Shown here piece by piece: positions 28,940 to 43,760 of a stretch of 64,000 nucleotides of DNA. The DNA is from the human T2T-CHM13v2.0 reference genome, Homo sapiens, in assembly GCF_009914755.1 (NCBI RefSeq), contig NC_060940.1; one strand, given 5' to 3'. The stretch's first letter is position 1. The number at the start of each line of letters is the position of its first letter. The notes under the pieces were generated by a model that had not been told where the DNA came from, did not search any database, and saw only the letters and a list, made by a program, of their open reading frames with translations. Made by a program: the position numbers and the translations under genes.

Positions 28940-30721
28940 ATGTTGGAGGTCTGCCTGGCCCTCAGCCAGCCTGAGGCGTGAGAGGACTGGGGCAATTGAT
29001 TAAGGTCCTTTATAGGTTGGTGGGTACAGCAGGCACAAATGCCACCTACTGCCATAATTTATGCTCCTTCCTCAGTAACCCTGCACGCTCCTTTGGAAAG
29101 CCTGGCCTTTGAATTTGGAACCCACCTGTGTGTAGCCTCTTCCTTAGGACTTCCAAAAGTTACTGAACAAGGAGGAGGCTGATTTTCTTTGCTTTCTCTT
29201 AGGCCACCCCGTTTGCAAGGATGCCACCATTTTTAGTGACCTGTGTGCAGGGATGCCTAGGAGAATTGTACAGATTGTCCCATACTCAAAAAGTTTTGTA
29301 TTGAAAACCATACATAGCAGATGGCAAACCCACTTAAATCCAAAATTTGGATTAACTCTTTAGAATATAGCCTCTAATAATAGAGGCCCGTGAGGACACA
29401 GGCCACATGCATTGTCCAAAAGACAACAGCAAAAACAGCAACATTTAATTTTTTTTTCAACTGAGTATTTAGTTTATGTACTCAAAAGGTATAAGATACA
29501 TTGCCTGTTTTGCACAATGCTTATAATCTCAGAAAGTTGATGAGATAACACACAATACAATTCTCCTAGGCATCCCTGCACATAGGTCAGGGAACTAAAA
29601 ATGGTGACTTCCTTGCAAGTGGGGTGGCCTAAGAGAAAGCAGAGAAACTCAGCCTCTCCTCTCCCTCCCAGGAACTTTTCAAAGTCCTAAGAAAGAGGCT
29701 CACACAGGTGGGCTGCAAATTCAAAGACCATGCTTCCCAAAGGAGCCTGTAGCGTTATTGGGGAAGGAGCATTTTTTTCTCATAAAACAATGATAAACAC
29801 AGGGAGATAATGAATGGGGTAGTGTGGACCCCTGTCTCCAGGTTGTAGAAAGTTTAGGAGAAAGAAGTGATTCCATGACAAAGTTGAAACTGCCTTAGAA
29901 GACTGGGTAGGACTTGCTCCAACAGATAGAAGGGAAGAATGCTTTTCAGATAGTTTATGCAAAGTTGGGGAAGCAGGAATAAAAATGGTGTGGTTAGGGG
30001 TTTATGAGGAGGGGAATAAAGAGTACCTTCAGGGTAGGGGGGAAAAACGAGATTGGATAAGTAATCTTGGAGAGCCGTAAAAGCAAATTCTCTAAGGATC
30101 TTTTTTTTTTTTTTTTTTAAATAAAAAGGTATTATATGCTCCAAAATCTCTAAACTCTTATTTTTCTGTGACAGTTAACTTTCAAGTCACAATGCCATCT
30201 GGTTTCTTCCAGGAGAATTTCTACTCCTCTGGGGATCAGTCAAGGAATTGGCGCTTCTGTGCATCTCACAGTGGTTGAAGGAATGGCCCCTAGTGGACAT
30301 CCTCAGCTCCCTACCTTCTTGTGTTGATGAGAATAGCCTAGGCTGGAAGTCAGCATCTGGATCAGAGTGTCCTAAAGTGAGGAGAAGTGACCAAGTGGCC
30401 AGTTCCACATGAGATTGTCCCATGTTTATCTCAGATGCCACAACAGCTTGTAGCCAGAAAAGCTGGATTGTGGTGTGTATGGATATAGGCTCTGAACTGA
30501 CAGCTGCATTTTTCAAATTGTAAATCTGAAACCTAGGCTAAGACACTGAGAGAACACTTCCAGACTCTTGGGGGCCCACCAAAGACCATCCAATTCTTGA
30601 ATTTAGATCACTTCTTCATTATTTCCAGCCACATTCAAAACTGTGCATATTTCTAGAAGTGGGCTTCAATGCTTTCTTCCCATGTGACGTCCTTCCTACA
30701 ACTTTGTTCATAATAGTCTGA

Positions 30722-30858
30722 TAAATTAATGTAATTATTTAATGCTTCCTGAAATAGTAACAGGATTGTGCTTAGATAGACCCTTTCAGCATATGATGTT
30801 CTTTGGGATAAGAAAAAGTAGGGGCATATCAAGGCTCAGATCAAATTTGCTTGTTTTC
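30722..30858. repeat. Non-TE dispersed duplicate, copy B
   Basis: See copy A. Confidence 0.8.
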
Positions 30859-31596
30859 CTTCCACCAGGAAAAGGAAGAAAGGGAAGGGAAAGGACTGTA
30901 CTTCATAAAATGCCAAACGTGAGAGTGTGTGATGAAATATCCATCTGCACTGTGGAAGCATGACATTTTGATGCATTAAGTGAGACCCAGGGGCCAGTAG
31001 ATGCCTGACCAATAAGTGCGCATTGAATATTAGCTGAATGAATAAATGAAAAAGTCTGGGGTTCTGAACCTGAGTTTATCTTTAATATTCTGTGATGTTA
31101 TTAAGTCACATCCCCTCTGGGATTCTCTCTTCATCTGTTAAATGGGTGTATTTCCTTTTGTTTTCTTTACTTAAATAGATAAAATAATCAAATGAGATTA
31201 TGGATGCAAGAGTCCAGCTACTGCAGTTCGTGCTTTACAAAGGAAAGGGATAACCATCAGCACCGCTGTATACATATATTCTTGGAGGACTCCAGTTAAA
31301 CAGTTTAACTACCTATGACATTCAAGACACCACTCAAACAACAGAGGGGTATTCCCCCTCATGTCTTCTGACACTGGATCTCAAGCAGATCTGAACAATT
31401 TGGATTGCTTTTTCTGTATAGGCAAGGTAAAGTAAAGTGTGAGAGGTCATCAATGACTACAGACCTACCATTCTAGGAAGTCTCCCTCAAATCCATTAAG
31501 AGTCTCAATATCTGAGTTTAATTATTATGATAATTATCAGTTCCCATGTTTTTAGCAGTTTTCTGACCCAAGGAAGTTGCAAATATATCAGAATAA

Positions 31597-32977
<1,381 letters not shown>

Positions 32978-33344
32978 AAGATCTTTGCAGAACACCTATT
33001 AATTAATTAATTAATTCACTCATTCAGCAACATTTTTGAGCTGCTGCCCTGTTTTCATGATGTGCTACATGATAGATTTGTAAACACCTGTCTCAATAAA
33101 CTTATAGTTGTGTTGGAATAGGTATTATTCTCAGTTGCATCTTCATGAAACTCATAATAAATTGGTAATAATTACAATGTAAGAAGGATTCTGAGGCCAC
33201 AGAAAGAATGATAAAAATGTTATAATCTCCTAATAACATTTCCAGTGGGCATAGTAGGTGAAAGCAGCAATATATTTGCTACACATTAATGCATGTAAAA
33301 AGAAGGTAATGTTCCTCAATCTTAGGACTTAATGTTACTTTATT

Positions 33345-33760
33345 GGTTTAATACTAGCTGCTCTTAAAAAATCCCCAAAATATAATGGCATAAACATAAT
33401 AGAAGTTTACTTTGCACTCACTTTAAGTCTGAAACAGATCTACCTAACTGGCCATTAGCTCGTCTCCAGGTGGTGATTCGGGGATTCAGGCTCCTTTTAT
33501 TTTGTGGCACTGTGACCTTTAACAAGCAATTTCCAGGTGACTGTGCTCTTCCACAGGAAGCTAGCAGAAGGAAAAAAGGAGGGGGATTGCAGGCACTTCT
33601 GCTTCTCAAGTTCTTTGGTCTGAAAAAGTCACCTGGGACTTCTGCTCATATCCCATTGGTGACATTCCACAGCCCCACCTACGTGCCAGGGAGACAGGGA
33701 AACATAGCCCTGTCTGGGAAGCAGCTTCCTAGCAACAACCTGACACTACCTTTGGTGAAC
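33345..33760 (-). mobile_element. MLT1K/L-type LTR
   Basis: CCCCAAAATATAATGGCATAAACATAATAGAAGTTTA..CTTCTGCTCATATCCCATTGG. Confidence 0.6.
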
Positions 33761-34624
33761 AGGGAGGCATCTCTTCACAGTGTCCTGATTTCTCCCAGTC
33801 AAGCTTGCTGGAGCTCATTTTTGTCTTTTCTTCAATGAACTTGAACCTGACATCCTTTATCCAGTCTGAATCCGTATATATAGAAACTGTCCTCATCCAG
33901 CTTTTAAGTAAAGACAGTCATTTCTAATTCCTTTCTGACTTGCTATGGAGCAAAAACTCAGAGACAGATCCCATCTATTCATGTTCAGGGCTCTGCCAGG
34001 TGTTGTCAGGAGGGGCTGTTAAAGGAAAAACACCCAACAGAATATACAACCATAAAAGCTCTTACTTGGCCCCAGGGAGAATGCAAGGACCTGAGCTTCT
34101 CTTCCTCAAGCCCCTCACAGCGACTGGGCCTTTACAACTCAATGTTCGAAGCTCTGGTACTGTTTAAATAAACACACCATTCTAACAGTGCCTGGCAGCC
34201 CAATATACAATTAATTTTACTGTATCTTGCAAGCCATATAGAGCCTTTATTGTAGAGGGCAGCATTAGATCTTTGTATAAATACTAACAGATAATTTTAT
34301 CTAATTTCATTGACTGGTTAAGTGGTTTTTTTTTTCTTTTTAATTTAACCCCTGTGATTGCTAATTATGAGTCTCCTCCCAATTTCTCCATCACTCTGTC
34401 CCATGAAGCATAAAAGAGGGGACTCTGAGTGACTGAGTCATTCCTACTGATTTCTCCAGAGTTTCTCTCACTGGCAGTTGACTCTAGTGTTTTTCTGGAG
34501 CAGGAACAAGGATGAAACCAGTGTCTGGACTCCTCTGCGGGGTTGGGCTGGCCCACTCAAAGCCAGGAATGTGCGTCTTCCTCCACTGTCTTCCCACATC
34601 ACTCCCCACTCCAGGGGAGCAGGC

Positions 34625-34830
34625 AGAATGACTCAGTGGAAAGAAGAAACCAGGATTGGGTTTGTATCCAAGCTCCTCCTTTACTTGCTGTGTGAACTTG
34701 ACCAAGTGACAACTTCTCTGAATCTCATTTCCTCACTTATGAAATGGGGATACTATTTCCCTCTTTTGGGGTTGTCGTGAGGTTGACTTGGGCTAACCTA
34801 GCACAGTACCTGTGGAGCATCATGGGCTCA
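34625..34830 (+). mobile_element. MIR
   Basis: TTACTTGCTGTGTGAACTTGACCAAGTGACAACTTCTCTGAATCTCATTTCCTCA core. Confidence 0.7.
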
Positions 34831-35033
34831 GGTATCCATTAAGGCACAGTGATGCTACTTCATGTAACAAGCAACCCCTTAGCTCAGCACCTCAACACCA
34901 TCTAAGTTTATTCCTCACTTACTCAAAGTCTAGTGAGGGTGTTTCTAGTGGGGCAGTTCTTCAGAATTACTGCCTTCTAGGGGGTGACTTGAGGAGCCAG
35001 GCTTCTACCCTGTGACTCTCCCAGGCTGTCTTC

Positions 35034-35309
35034 CTTTTTTTTGAGATGGAATTTTTCCCGTCGCCCAGGCTAGAGTGCAGTGGTGTGATCTTGGCTCACT
35101 GCAACCTCCCGGGTTCAAGTGATTCTCCTGCCTCAGCCTCCTGAGTAGCTGAGATTACAGGCTTGCGCCACCATGCCTGGCTAATTTTGGATTTTTAGTA
35201 GAGACAGGGTTTCACCATGACTGTTCTTTGAACTCCTGACCTCAGGTTATCCTCCTGCCTCAGCCTCCCAAAGTGTTGAGATTACAGGTGTCAGCCACTG
35301 TGCCTGGCC
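35034..35309 (-). mobile_element. AluS with small internal deletions, inserted in an MLT1 LTR
   Basis: TSD CCAGGCTGTCTTC at 35021-35033 and 35310-35322. Confidence 0.88.
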
Positions 35310-35594
35310 CCAGGCTGTCTTCTATAGCCTTGGAGGACAAGAGAGAAAAAGACAGTGGAAGAGACTGCAGGAGGCATTCCAGCCAGCCCTGAGCATGTTG
35401 CATACATCATTTTTGCTTATGGTTCATTGGCCAGAATCAGTCACAGGCTCCCACTTAAATGCAATGGGTAGAGGTGGGGATATGGGAAATATAGTTTAGC
35501 CGAATAGAAAAAAGGAGAATGGCACATGAGTGAACACCAGCAACCTGTGCTACAGCAATCAATAAAGATGGTGCTCCTCCCTTTCCTCTCTGGA

Positions 35595-36092
35595 ATTCAT
35601 GCTCCCCCTGAGCCAGCACACAGGCTTTGAATATCCCTGCAGACGCCCTCGCCTGCCTCCAGCTTGCTGTCTCTTGGCCTTCATGTTAGTGTGCTGGACT
35701 CTGCCTCCTCTTTCAGACTGGCACACGATACTGCATCCTGGGGAGAGAGATGACTCTCTGAGTGGCCACTGCAGGGACAGATGAAGTGACCTGAAAGCAG
35801 TGAATTTTTACCAATGGGAAATGGGAAAAAGAGCTAGGCAGATAAATCTCCCTTCTTCTTGTCGCCCAGGAACTACCCCAGTGTGCAATCCCTCCTTACA
35901 GCCCGGGGACAGTCTGCCATGTCACTTTGTGGTGCATTACAAAGTGTAGTCAATGCGCTAAGGTGCGTACTGCATTGCCTCAAACCTTCCTTGTGTCTCA
36001 TCCTCGCCATTCTGCGCTTGTACATCCTACGTGAAGTGAGGCATCTCAGTCATTGCCATAGACTCTATTTGCCAGAAGACCAGGGCTAAGGG
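35595..36092 (+). mobile_element. ERVL LTR16-like solo LTR
   Basis: ACCAATGGGA..GGCAGATAAATCTCCCTTC and 3' end GAAGACCAGGGCTAAG. Confidence 0.5.
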
Positions 36093-37714
36093 TGCTGTCC
36101 TTCCATTATTAATTATCTATTCTATTATTGATCCTCCCCAGCCCTTAGTTTCTGAGTTCTGACAGCACCGGGCTACTTTCAGATCCTCAAATGAAGCATT
36201 TGCTCCTGTCATCTCTGGGTTTTTGCCCAAGCTCTTCCTTCTACTGAGGGCTCTTTTCACTGTAAAACAGCTGTTTCTCCAGCTCCCCTTCAGGACATCC
36301 ATCTTGCATGACTTCCAAGTAGACCCAGGTCTCTCTTGTGATTTAGCTGCCTACACGGTACCCGCAACCCAGTAGGTAACTTAAAATATTTTTTCAATAT
36401 ATGAGTGATGTTCTTACTTCTTAGGAGACCCTCCTGTATGTGGGCTGTCTTTACACGTGTGTTTCAACGCAGAGCTATAATAATAATAGTAATAATGATA
36501 ACAAAATATCATCCGTATCAAGCACCTGCTCTATGCCAGCCTGTGCTAGCTATTTCATAGTTATTATTTGGCTTCTGGATTCCTCTCAGTTGCCCTGCAA
36601 GGTGGATAAGTGACAGTGATTTGCTCAAGGTCGTGGTTAATGAGTGGCAGCGCTCGGATTTGAACCCAGCCTAGTCTGATTCCCAAGCATGTTCTACTAC
36701 TTTTTTTACTCCAAAATGCGGCCCGCATTCAAGCTCCTGAATGATCCAACAGCAGCAGCGCAAACCATCCCACAGGCCGTGGAATCATATGGATGGTCAA
36801 GAAAGGTCATTGCCCCTCGGCCTTTGTGTTCCTAGGTGGAGTCCGTCTGCTGGGTGCGCTGCTTCCTTTCAGGGCTGTGCGGACTTTCCTTCGCTGCGTG
36901 GATCAGGATGCAAGATGGACTTCCCCCCACCCTCCGAATCAGTCTGTTCCTCCTGGGGCCATTCAGCTGACAGCTGCGGAAAGGACAGCGCCTGCTGAAA
37001 AAGGGTCCATAATTTCCCTCTGGCAAGAGACGGCAGCCCAACTTTGGAGGGGACAATTAGCGTGCTCTCAGCTGGAACAATGGGGAGCAGCAACAGATGC
37101 TTCTCGTCCCAGGGACGCTCCGAACCGCAGCCTCCTGCTAATGGGAGGCTTTCTTCTTCCCTGCCCGGGAAACCTGGCAGCCTTGCCAGCAGCTCGGGTA
37201 GGGTGGGGGTGGGTTTGGCTGCTGAGCTGGAAGGAGAGCAGCATTATCAGCGCAAACCAGAGGAGCGGGGCCTGCAGGAGTCAGTCACCGCCCTCCTGGG
37301 GCTGGTGCGCCCCTCCACCTTCCTCCCAGAAGGGGCCAGAGCCATTTCTACTCTGAAGCAGGGTTTTGGCAGACTCAGAAAATGCTGCCAAATGGTTAAG
37401 AGCAAGAAATCCACAGTGGACTCGTGCGAATTTGAGGCCCAGCATTGCCATTTACTAGCTGTTGCCCTGGGAAAAATTCTTAACTTCTCTAAGCCTCTGT
37501 TTCCCCCTTTATAAAATGAGGAAATGAGAGTATGTACGTTACATATTTATTTTGGGAGCTGAAAGAAAATAATATGTGAAAACACTTACCTTACAGTGAA
37601 AGTGCTGAAAAATACCTTTAGAGTTAAGCTCTACATAAAAAGGGCTGCCTGTGTCGTAGTCGCCTTTGTCTCTGGGCACTAGCACACAGTCTCTCCTCAA
37701 TAAATACATAATCA

Positions 37715-37952
37715 GGTCAGGTGTGATGGCTGAGGCCTGTAACCCAAGCTCTTTGGGAGGCTGAGGTGGGAGGATTGCCTGAGGCCAGGAGTTTGAGACC
37801 AGCCTGGGCAACATAGCAAGACCCCTGCCTCAAAAAAAAGATTAGCCAGGCATAATGGCACACACCTGTAGTCCTAGGAGAGGCTGAAGAGGGAGGATCA
37901 CTTGAGCCCAGGAGTTTGAGGTTGCAGTGAGCTATGATCAAGCCACTGCATT
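37715..37952 (+). mobile_element. AluJ lacking 3' end and poly(A)
   Basis: J-type body that stops after GCCACTGCA. Confidence 0.8.
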
Positions 37953-38796
37953 TATACATACATAATGATTTAGAGCCATTTAGAACTAGAGGAACTTTTA
38001 TAAATCCTCTAGCTTAATGATGTTCAGATTGTTTACTTGGAAGTGCTTCAGGGGACCCAAAAATATTCTTTTGAATATTTATTAACCATATTGTGGAAAT
38101 TAAAGAAAATCAGCTGCTCATAAGTTAATAAAATATACTTTAGCCTATTGGTAGCCCCAAACATGTTAAATTGTATTGCCAGGTTAACTTACATCTCTAA
38201 AGACTCGGAATAAGGCTTAAGTTGCCGTTTTGGTTAAACTGAAGATTATGAGATTGAAAAATAAGCATTTACTGTCTGAAAATGCTTGTCTGTGAAAATC
38301 TCCCGATTTTGCATGAAAACAAAATTCGAAAATAAATTATGTGATGATAGCAAATATAAAGTTGGCTCTTTCTTCCATTACCATAGATTTCAATGTTTGG
38401 TTTACTCTCAGGGGTATTACTGTTCTTATTAATATAAGTAAATGCTATATGTTTGAAAATACTATAATATACAAGAAAACTAAGTGCTAGTTTTTAAAAA
38501 ACATATTGGGGTTCCTTGTATGACTCCATAGCTTAAAAATAAAGCCCAAGTACTACTGATTGTCTTCATCCCCTTAATTTTGAAGATAGGATTCCAGGCA
38601 CAGAGAGGAAACAGTTCGCCCAAAAATCACCGGTGCAGAACTGTGGCTGGTAAAACTACTCCTCTACTTCCCTTTTTCTGGGAACCCTCCTTCATTTCCC
38701 ATTCAGAATCAGTGTCACCAATTTATCTCTGACCTCCAGGATGAAAAGCAAAATGACCACAACAACATCCACAATGCACTGTGAAATCCATTGACT

Positions 38797-38973
38797 AGCT
38801 GGGTGCAGTGGCCTATGTCTGTGGTCCCAGCTACTCAGGAGGCTGAGGTGAGAGGATCACTGGAGCCCAGGAGTTTGAGGCTGCAAGGAGATATGAATGA
38901 CCACACTACTGTCACTACAGCCCGGGTGACAGAGCAAGACCCTGTTTCCAAAACAAACAAACAAACAAACAAA
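38797..38973 (+). mobile_element. Alu monomer (FRAM-like) with (AAAC)n tail
   Basis: Single right-arm-type monomer. Confidence 0.75.
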
Positions 38974-39217
38974 CATTTAGTCCTGAGCTAGTGCTTAGTT
39001 AGCATTCAGTGATTCTGGCCACGTTGTGGCCCCATGAAAATATTTTGACACAGTAACCGAGGGTAGAAAACCCTAGATGTGGGATCCAAAGCTAACTTGC
39101 TACTTAACCCCTCCAACCTCTAGAACCCAGATTTCAGGAGCCTCTAACTAAGCCTCTAAGGCTGGTTCAGGGAATGATAATGAATTACTTTCTGCTCTCC
39201 TTATTTTTTCTCCAGCC

Positions 39218-39616
39218 TTGCTTTTTTTCCTCCCTCCCTTCCTTCCTCCCTCCCTTCCTTCCTTCCTTCCTTCCCTCCCTCCCTCCCTTCTTCTTTCTTT
39301 CCTTCCTTCCTTCCTTTCTTCTTTCTTTCTTTCCTTTCCTTCCTCCTTTCCTCTCTTCCTTCCTTCCTTTCTTTTCCTTCCTTCCTCCCTTCCTCCCTCC
39401 CTTCCTTCCTTCCTTCTTTCCTTCCTTTCCTTCCTTCCTCCCTTCCTTCCTTCCCTCCTTCCCTTCCTCCCTCCCTTCCTTCCTTCCTTCTTTCCCTCTC
39501 TCCCTCCTTCCTTCCTTCTTTGCCTCCTTCCCTCCCTTCCTTCCTTTCCTTTCCTTCCTTCCTTCCTTCCTTCCTTCCTTCCTTCCTTCCTTCCTCCCTC
39601 CCTTCCTTCCTTCCTT
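39218..39616. repeat. ~400-bp (CCTT)n/(CCCT)n polypyrimidine microsatellite at an L2 tail
   Basis: Near-pure pyrimidine strand, followed by the antisense L2 3' end (CTCAAATATCAGTTGAGC..CCAAGCACTGT). Confidence 0.95.
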
Positions 39617-40470
39617 ACTCAAATATCAGTTGAGCATTTTCTAAGACCAAGCACTGTCCTAACTGATAGGATGTTCAACGAGATTCCTGTTTTAAAGGTG
39701 CTCACATTCTAATGGGGCAGATGTATAAGAAATGAACATACATAAACAAGTATCATAATAATAGTATAAAATGTATTTAAAATGATGAAGGTGCCCATGC
39801 CTGCCTCAGCTGGGCATATCTCTCTCTTGACTCCCCTCATACTGCAGAGAGGGTCCCCTGAAGGGGCTCAGTGGTGCCACTTTCCACTATGAAGGGCAGA
39901 AGAGCACTGGGTGAACACTATTCCTTAATGCCTTGTTTGAAAGGGCAGCCAGCCTCACTCCATCTAAGGCGCAGCTTCAGATGTGTTAACTCCCTGCATC
40001 AGCCTGAGTCCATGGCTTGTTGTTTTCAAAGGCTGCTCTCAGGACTCCACCATGGCGGGCTTTCTGGGAAGCACTGACTTTGTCTTGGATTACTTCTTGA
40101 GTGAGGTTGTGGGGTGCAAATTTGGGACGGCAGAGGGGCATGGTTACTCACTCTCACTGAAGGTAGAAGAGACCCACATGGCAATGATCAGGGATACTGA
40201 CCACTGCTTGGAGACCTCTGGCACCAAGTCTCAGCTTCCAGTGAGTTAGGGATAAGTGGGCAGCTGCTCTGGCACCCTCCAGCAGATGCCATCTTGTGGC
40301 CCCCCTGAGCTGTGACCTTGGCTTATCTGAACCCTTGAAGGAAAATGGCTGCCTGGTCACTCACTCAGTAATACAAGGGCCTAGGGATACACCAGTGAAC
40401 AGGACAGAGACATCTCTCCACATGAAATCTCCTTTCTTATGGGGGGAAGAAAGATGAGGAAGAAACCAGT

Positions 40471-41020
40471 TGTGATGGTCAGCCTTATGCATCAACTTGG
40501 CTACAGGATCCAGTTATTCAATTAAACACTAATCTAGGTGTTGCTATGAAGATATTTGGTAGATGTGGTAAACATCTGCAATCAACTGACTTTATATAAA
40601 GGAGATTATTCTTAACAGTCGGTGGGGGGCCTCATCTAATTGGTTGAAAGACCTCAATAGCAAAACTGAGGTTTCCCTGAGGAAGAAGAAAATCTGCCTG
40701 TGGACTGCAGCGTCAGCTCCTGCTCAAGGATTTCCAGCTGGCTGATCTGCCCTACAGACTTTGGACTTGCCAGCCCCCACAATCACAGAAGTCAATTCCT
40801 TGAAATAAACCTCTCTCTATATGTATATATATGTCTTTATATATGATCACAGAAGTCAATTCCTTGAAATAAATCTATATATGTATATATCTCTATATGT
40901 ATATTCATAACAGTATATATACACACACGCTATATATATACACACACACATACACATACTGTTACATATATATTCTATATTTTATGGTTCTATTTCTCTA
41001 GTAGAACCCTAACCAATAAA
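40471..41020 (+). mobile_element. MLT2 (ERVL) solo LTR nested in L2
   Basis: TGTGATGGT..CAACTTGGC start and GAACCCTAACCAATA end; TSD CCAGT; internal (TA)n. Confidence 0.82.
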
Positions 41021-41973
41021 CCAGTCAACAATTGCAACAACAGCAAGAATAAGATGTGATCAGAGCATGTGAGAGCTATAAAGGAAATTAAAAGGGTGAT
41101 GTGATATAAGGTAGTGGTGAAGACTACTTTGGGGAGGGTTGCACTGAAGCATCTCTGAGAAAATAATATTTGATTTGAGACCTGGAAGATGAGGAAGAAT
41201 CAGTCATGTGAAGATCACGAGGAAAAAGTACAAGACAATGAATCAGCCAGAGCTAGTGCAGGGGTGAGTGGAAGGGCTGCTTCTCTAGTGAGGCTGGAGC
41301 AAGAGGGTTAGTGAGAGGGAAGAAGGGCAGACAGAGGCCAGATCAGGAAAAGCCCAGGAGGCTGGGAACAAGCATGTAGATGTCGTTCTAATGCAGTCAT
41401 GGGAGAGTTTTAAGCAGGGACTTTAGGAAATCCACTGGGCATCAGCTTCTTTATTTATAAAGGGGAGATTTTCATTCCCTACCAGGCATATTTACAGACT
41501 GGTTTTGAGGATCACATGCAAATACGGTGTGTGAAAATGTCTTCAGAAGTAGAATGTGCCTGCCCAAGTTAACAGAAGACTTTTATTAAGTAAGGGAGAT
41601 GAATTGAAGTTGTGGAGGAGGAGCACAGGTCCTCTTGGATTAAATGCAAATCTACTACAAAGCATGATCTACTTTGTCTTCCTGGGGATCTGTCTGGGTG
41701 TGGATGTTCACACACTTTTAGCTTTTCCAGCTACACTGAGAAGGGTATTCCACAGCTCTGTTGAGAGCTCTTCTCTGAGCAGCCCTCTGACTTTGACGAC
41801 TGCCCCTCCCCTAAATGAGTTTCTTCTGCTTCCAATCCTTGGAGATCAACAACTTGGTTTACATTCACCACCAAATCAAGATGAAACAAGTGAGAGTGGC
41901 CCTCACTTTCCACTCTACATGTCATCAGCCTTCAAAGAGCTATAATCTGGCCTCAGTGGGAGGAAAGTATTAG

Positions 41974-42366
<393 letters not shown>

Positions 42367-43099
42367 TGGTGCACATAATTTAAAAGGCCATACTAAGGTA
42401 TGGTTGAACCCAGAAGAGCAAATTAGTTCTATCAAGAATGATTCCCCTTCACCTTGTCTCCTTTTTCTGCTGTATTTGGCTCCATTTTCAGACATCCTTT
42501 CTCTTGAAGAAGCAACATGGCACCAGTAATTTCACCAACTCTAAGAGAAAAAGAGCTCCTTTCTGGCCAATAACTCCTAATGATTCCATATTTCACTTGG
42601 GTCTCTTGCCAGTATATTTGTAACCAGTTGGCAAGATTTCCTATGAGGAAACTAGAGAGTTTCGAGTGCAGCCCATGGACTTTTGGTCCATCCAACTTTC
42701 CTTGACATTTTTTGTTGATGTGGCCTGTGTATCATCTCTGTTCCATCTCAATACATCAAAGGATGTTTCAAGAATCCATTGCTGACTTAGGAGACATGAG
42801 GAGAGTGTCGAAGGATTGTGAGATATGACACAGAGTTGGTTCCAAGCCAAGTGGTACTGATGAAGCAGAGCTCAGAAGGCCACTGTAGTTTGATTTTGTG
42901 CTTATACAGGAATGAAGAGGGGAGAGGGAAGAGGCTTTCCCCATATCACTGTTTCCTTTTTCTAAGAATCCTCAGTGCCCAGAATCATGACATCACCTCA
43001 AGGAATCAGAACTCCAGAGGACTTTAAGCAAATCTTTCCTGTGCATAGCATAGGTTTAAATTTAAACCACACAGAGTTACATTGCTTTTCATTTGTTTA

Positions 43100-43760
43100 T
43101 CTATTTTAATTTTATTACTAATATGTGAAATATGTATAAAATTAAGCTTTTATCTGTATAAAGGAAAACCTTACAAATAAATGCATAGTGCCTCTTTAAA
43201 ATCCCTTCTTTTCAACCCTGGTCTCCTCTCACCTCCACAGAGGTAGTCACTGTTACCAATTTGAGATGTAAACATCCAAATCTTCTTCTATGATTTGCAT
43301 ATAGAGAACTTCTGGAAAATAAAGTACTTTTGGAAAAAAAGGAGTATTGTTTTATGATCAATTGATTTAATGTAGAGTGTTCAGCTGTATATATTACTCA
43401 AAAATGTGTTTTTTCCCCACCCAGCCTTGTGTCTTAAAGAAGACCCCATGGTGACAAATTCAGATTCACTTCATTATATTTAACAACCACTTACGTATCA
43501 TGGCTTATTTAACCTGTTAATGGACACTTAACTTGCTATTTATTTTTTATCTCATACAAGCTATGTTACAATGAACATCTTACATGTGCTTTTTGTGCAC
43601 ATGCATTTTTTCTAGGATAGATATTGAGAAGTGAATTCCTGGACTATAAGGTAAGCCCAATTTTCATTTTAGAAGATATGTTCAAATTAATCACCCTTTG
43701 ACATGGTTGTACCAATTGCCATTCCTGCCAGTTTACCAATTCTTTAAAAAATCCTTTTCT
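43100..43760 (-). mobile_element. Old L1 (L1ME/MC) fragment
   Basis: CAGAGGTAGTCACTGTTA..ATGGACACTTA..GAAGTGAATTCCTGG..GGTTGTACCAATT. Confidence 0.6.

Noticed and set aside
37255-37302. CTCF-like motifs (also near 26592, 40279, 51594)
   Set aside because: Each has mismatches at high-information positions; not supportable without a PWM scan or ChIP data.
36793-37514. 187-aa and 156-aa overlapping ORFs
   Set aside because: No recognisable domain; expected in locally GC-rich DNA; the second runs into a MIR.
39174-39712. ORFs of 145-164 aa (LPSF / EGRK repeats)
   Set aside because: Translations of the (CCTT)n microsatellite, which lacks stop codons by composition.
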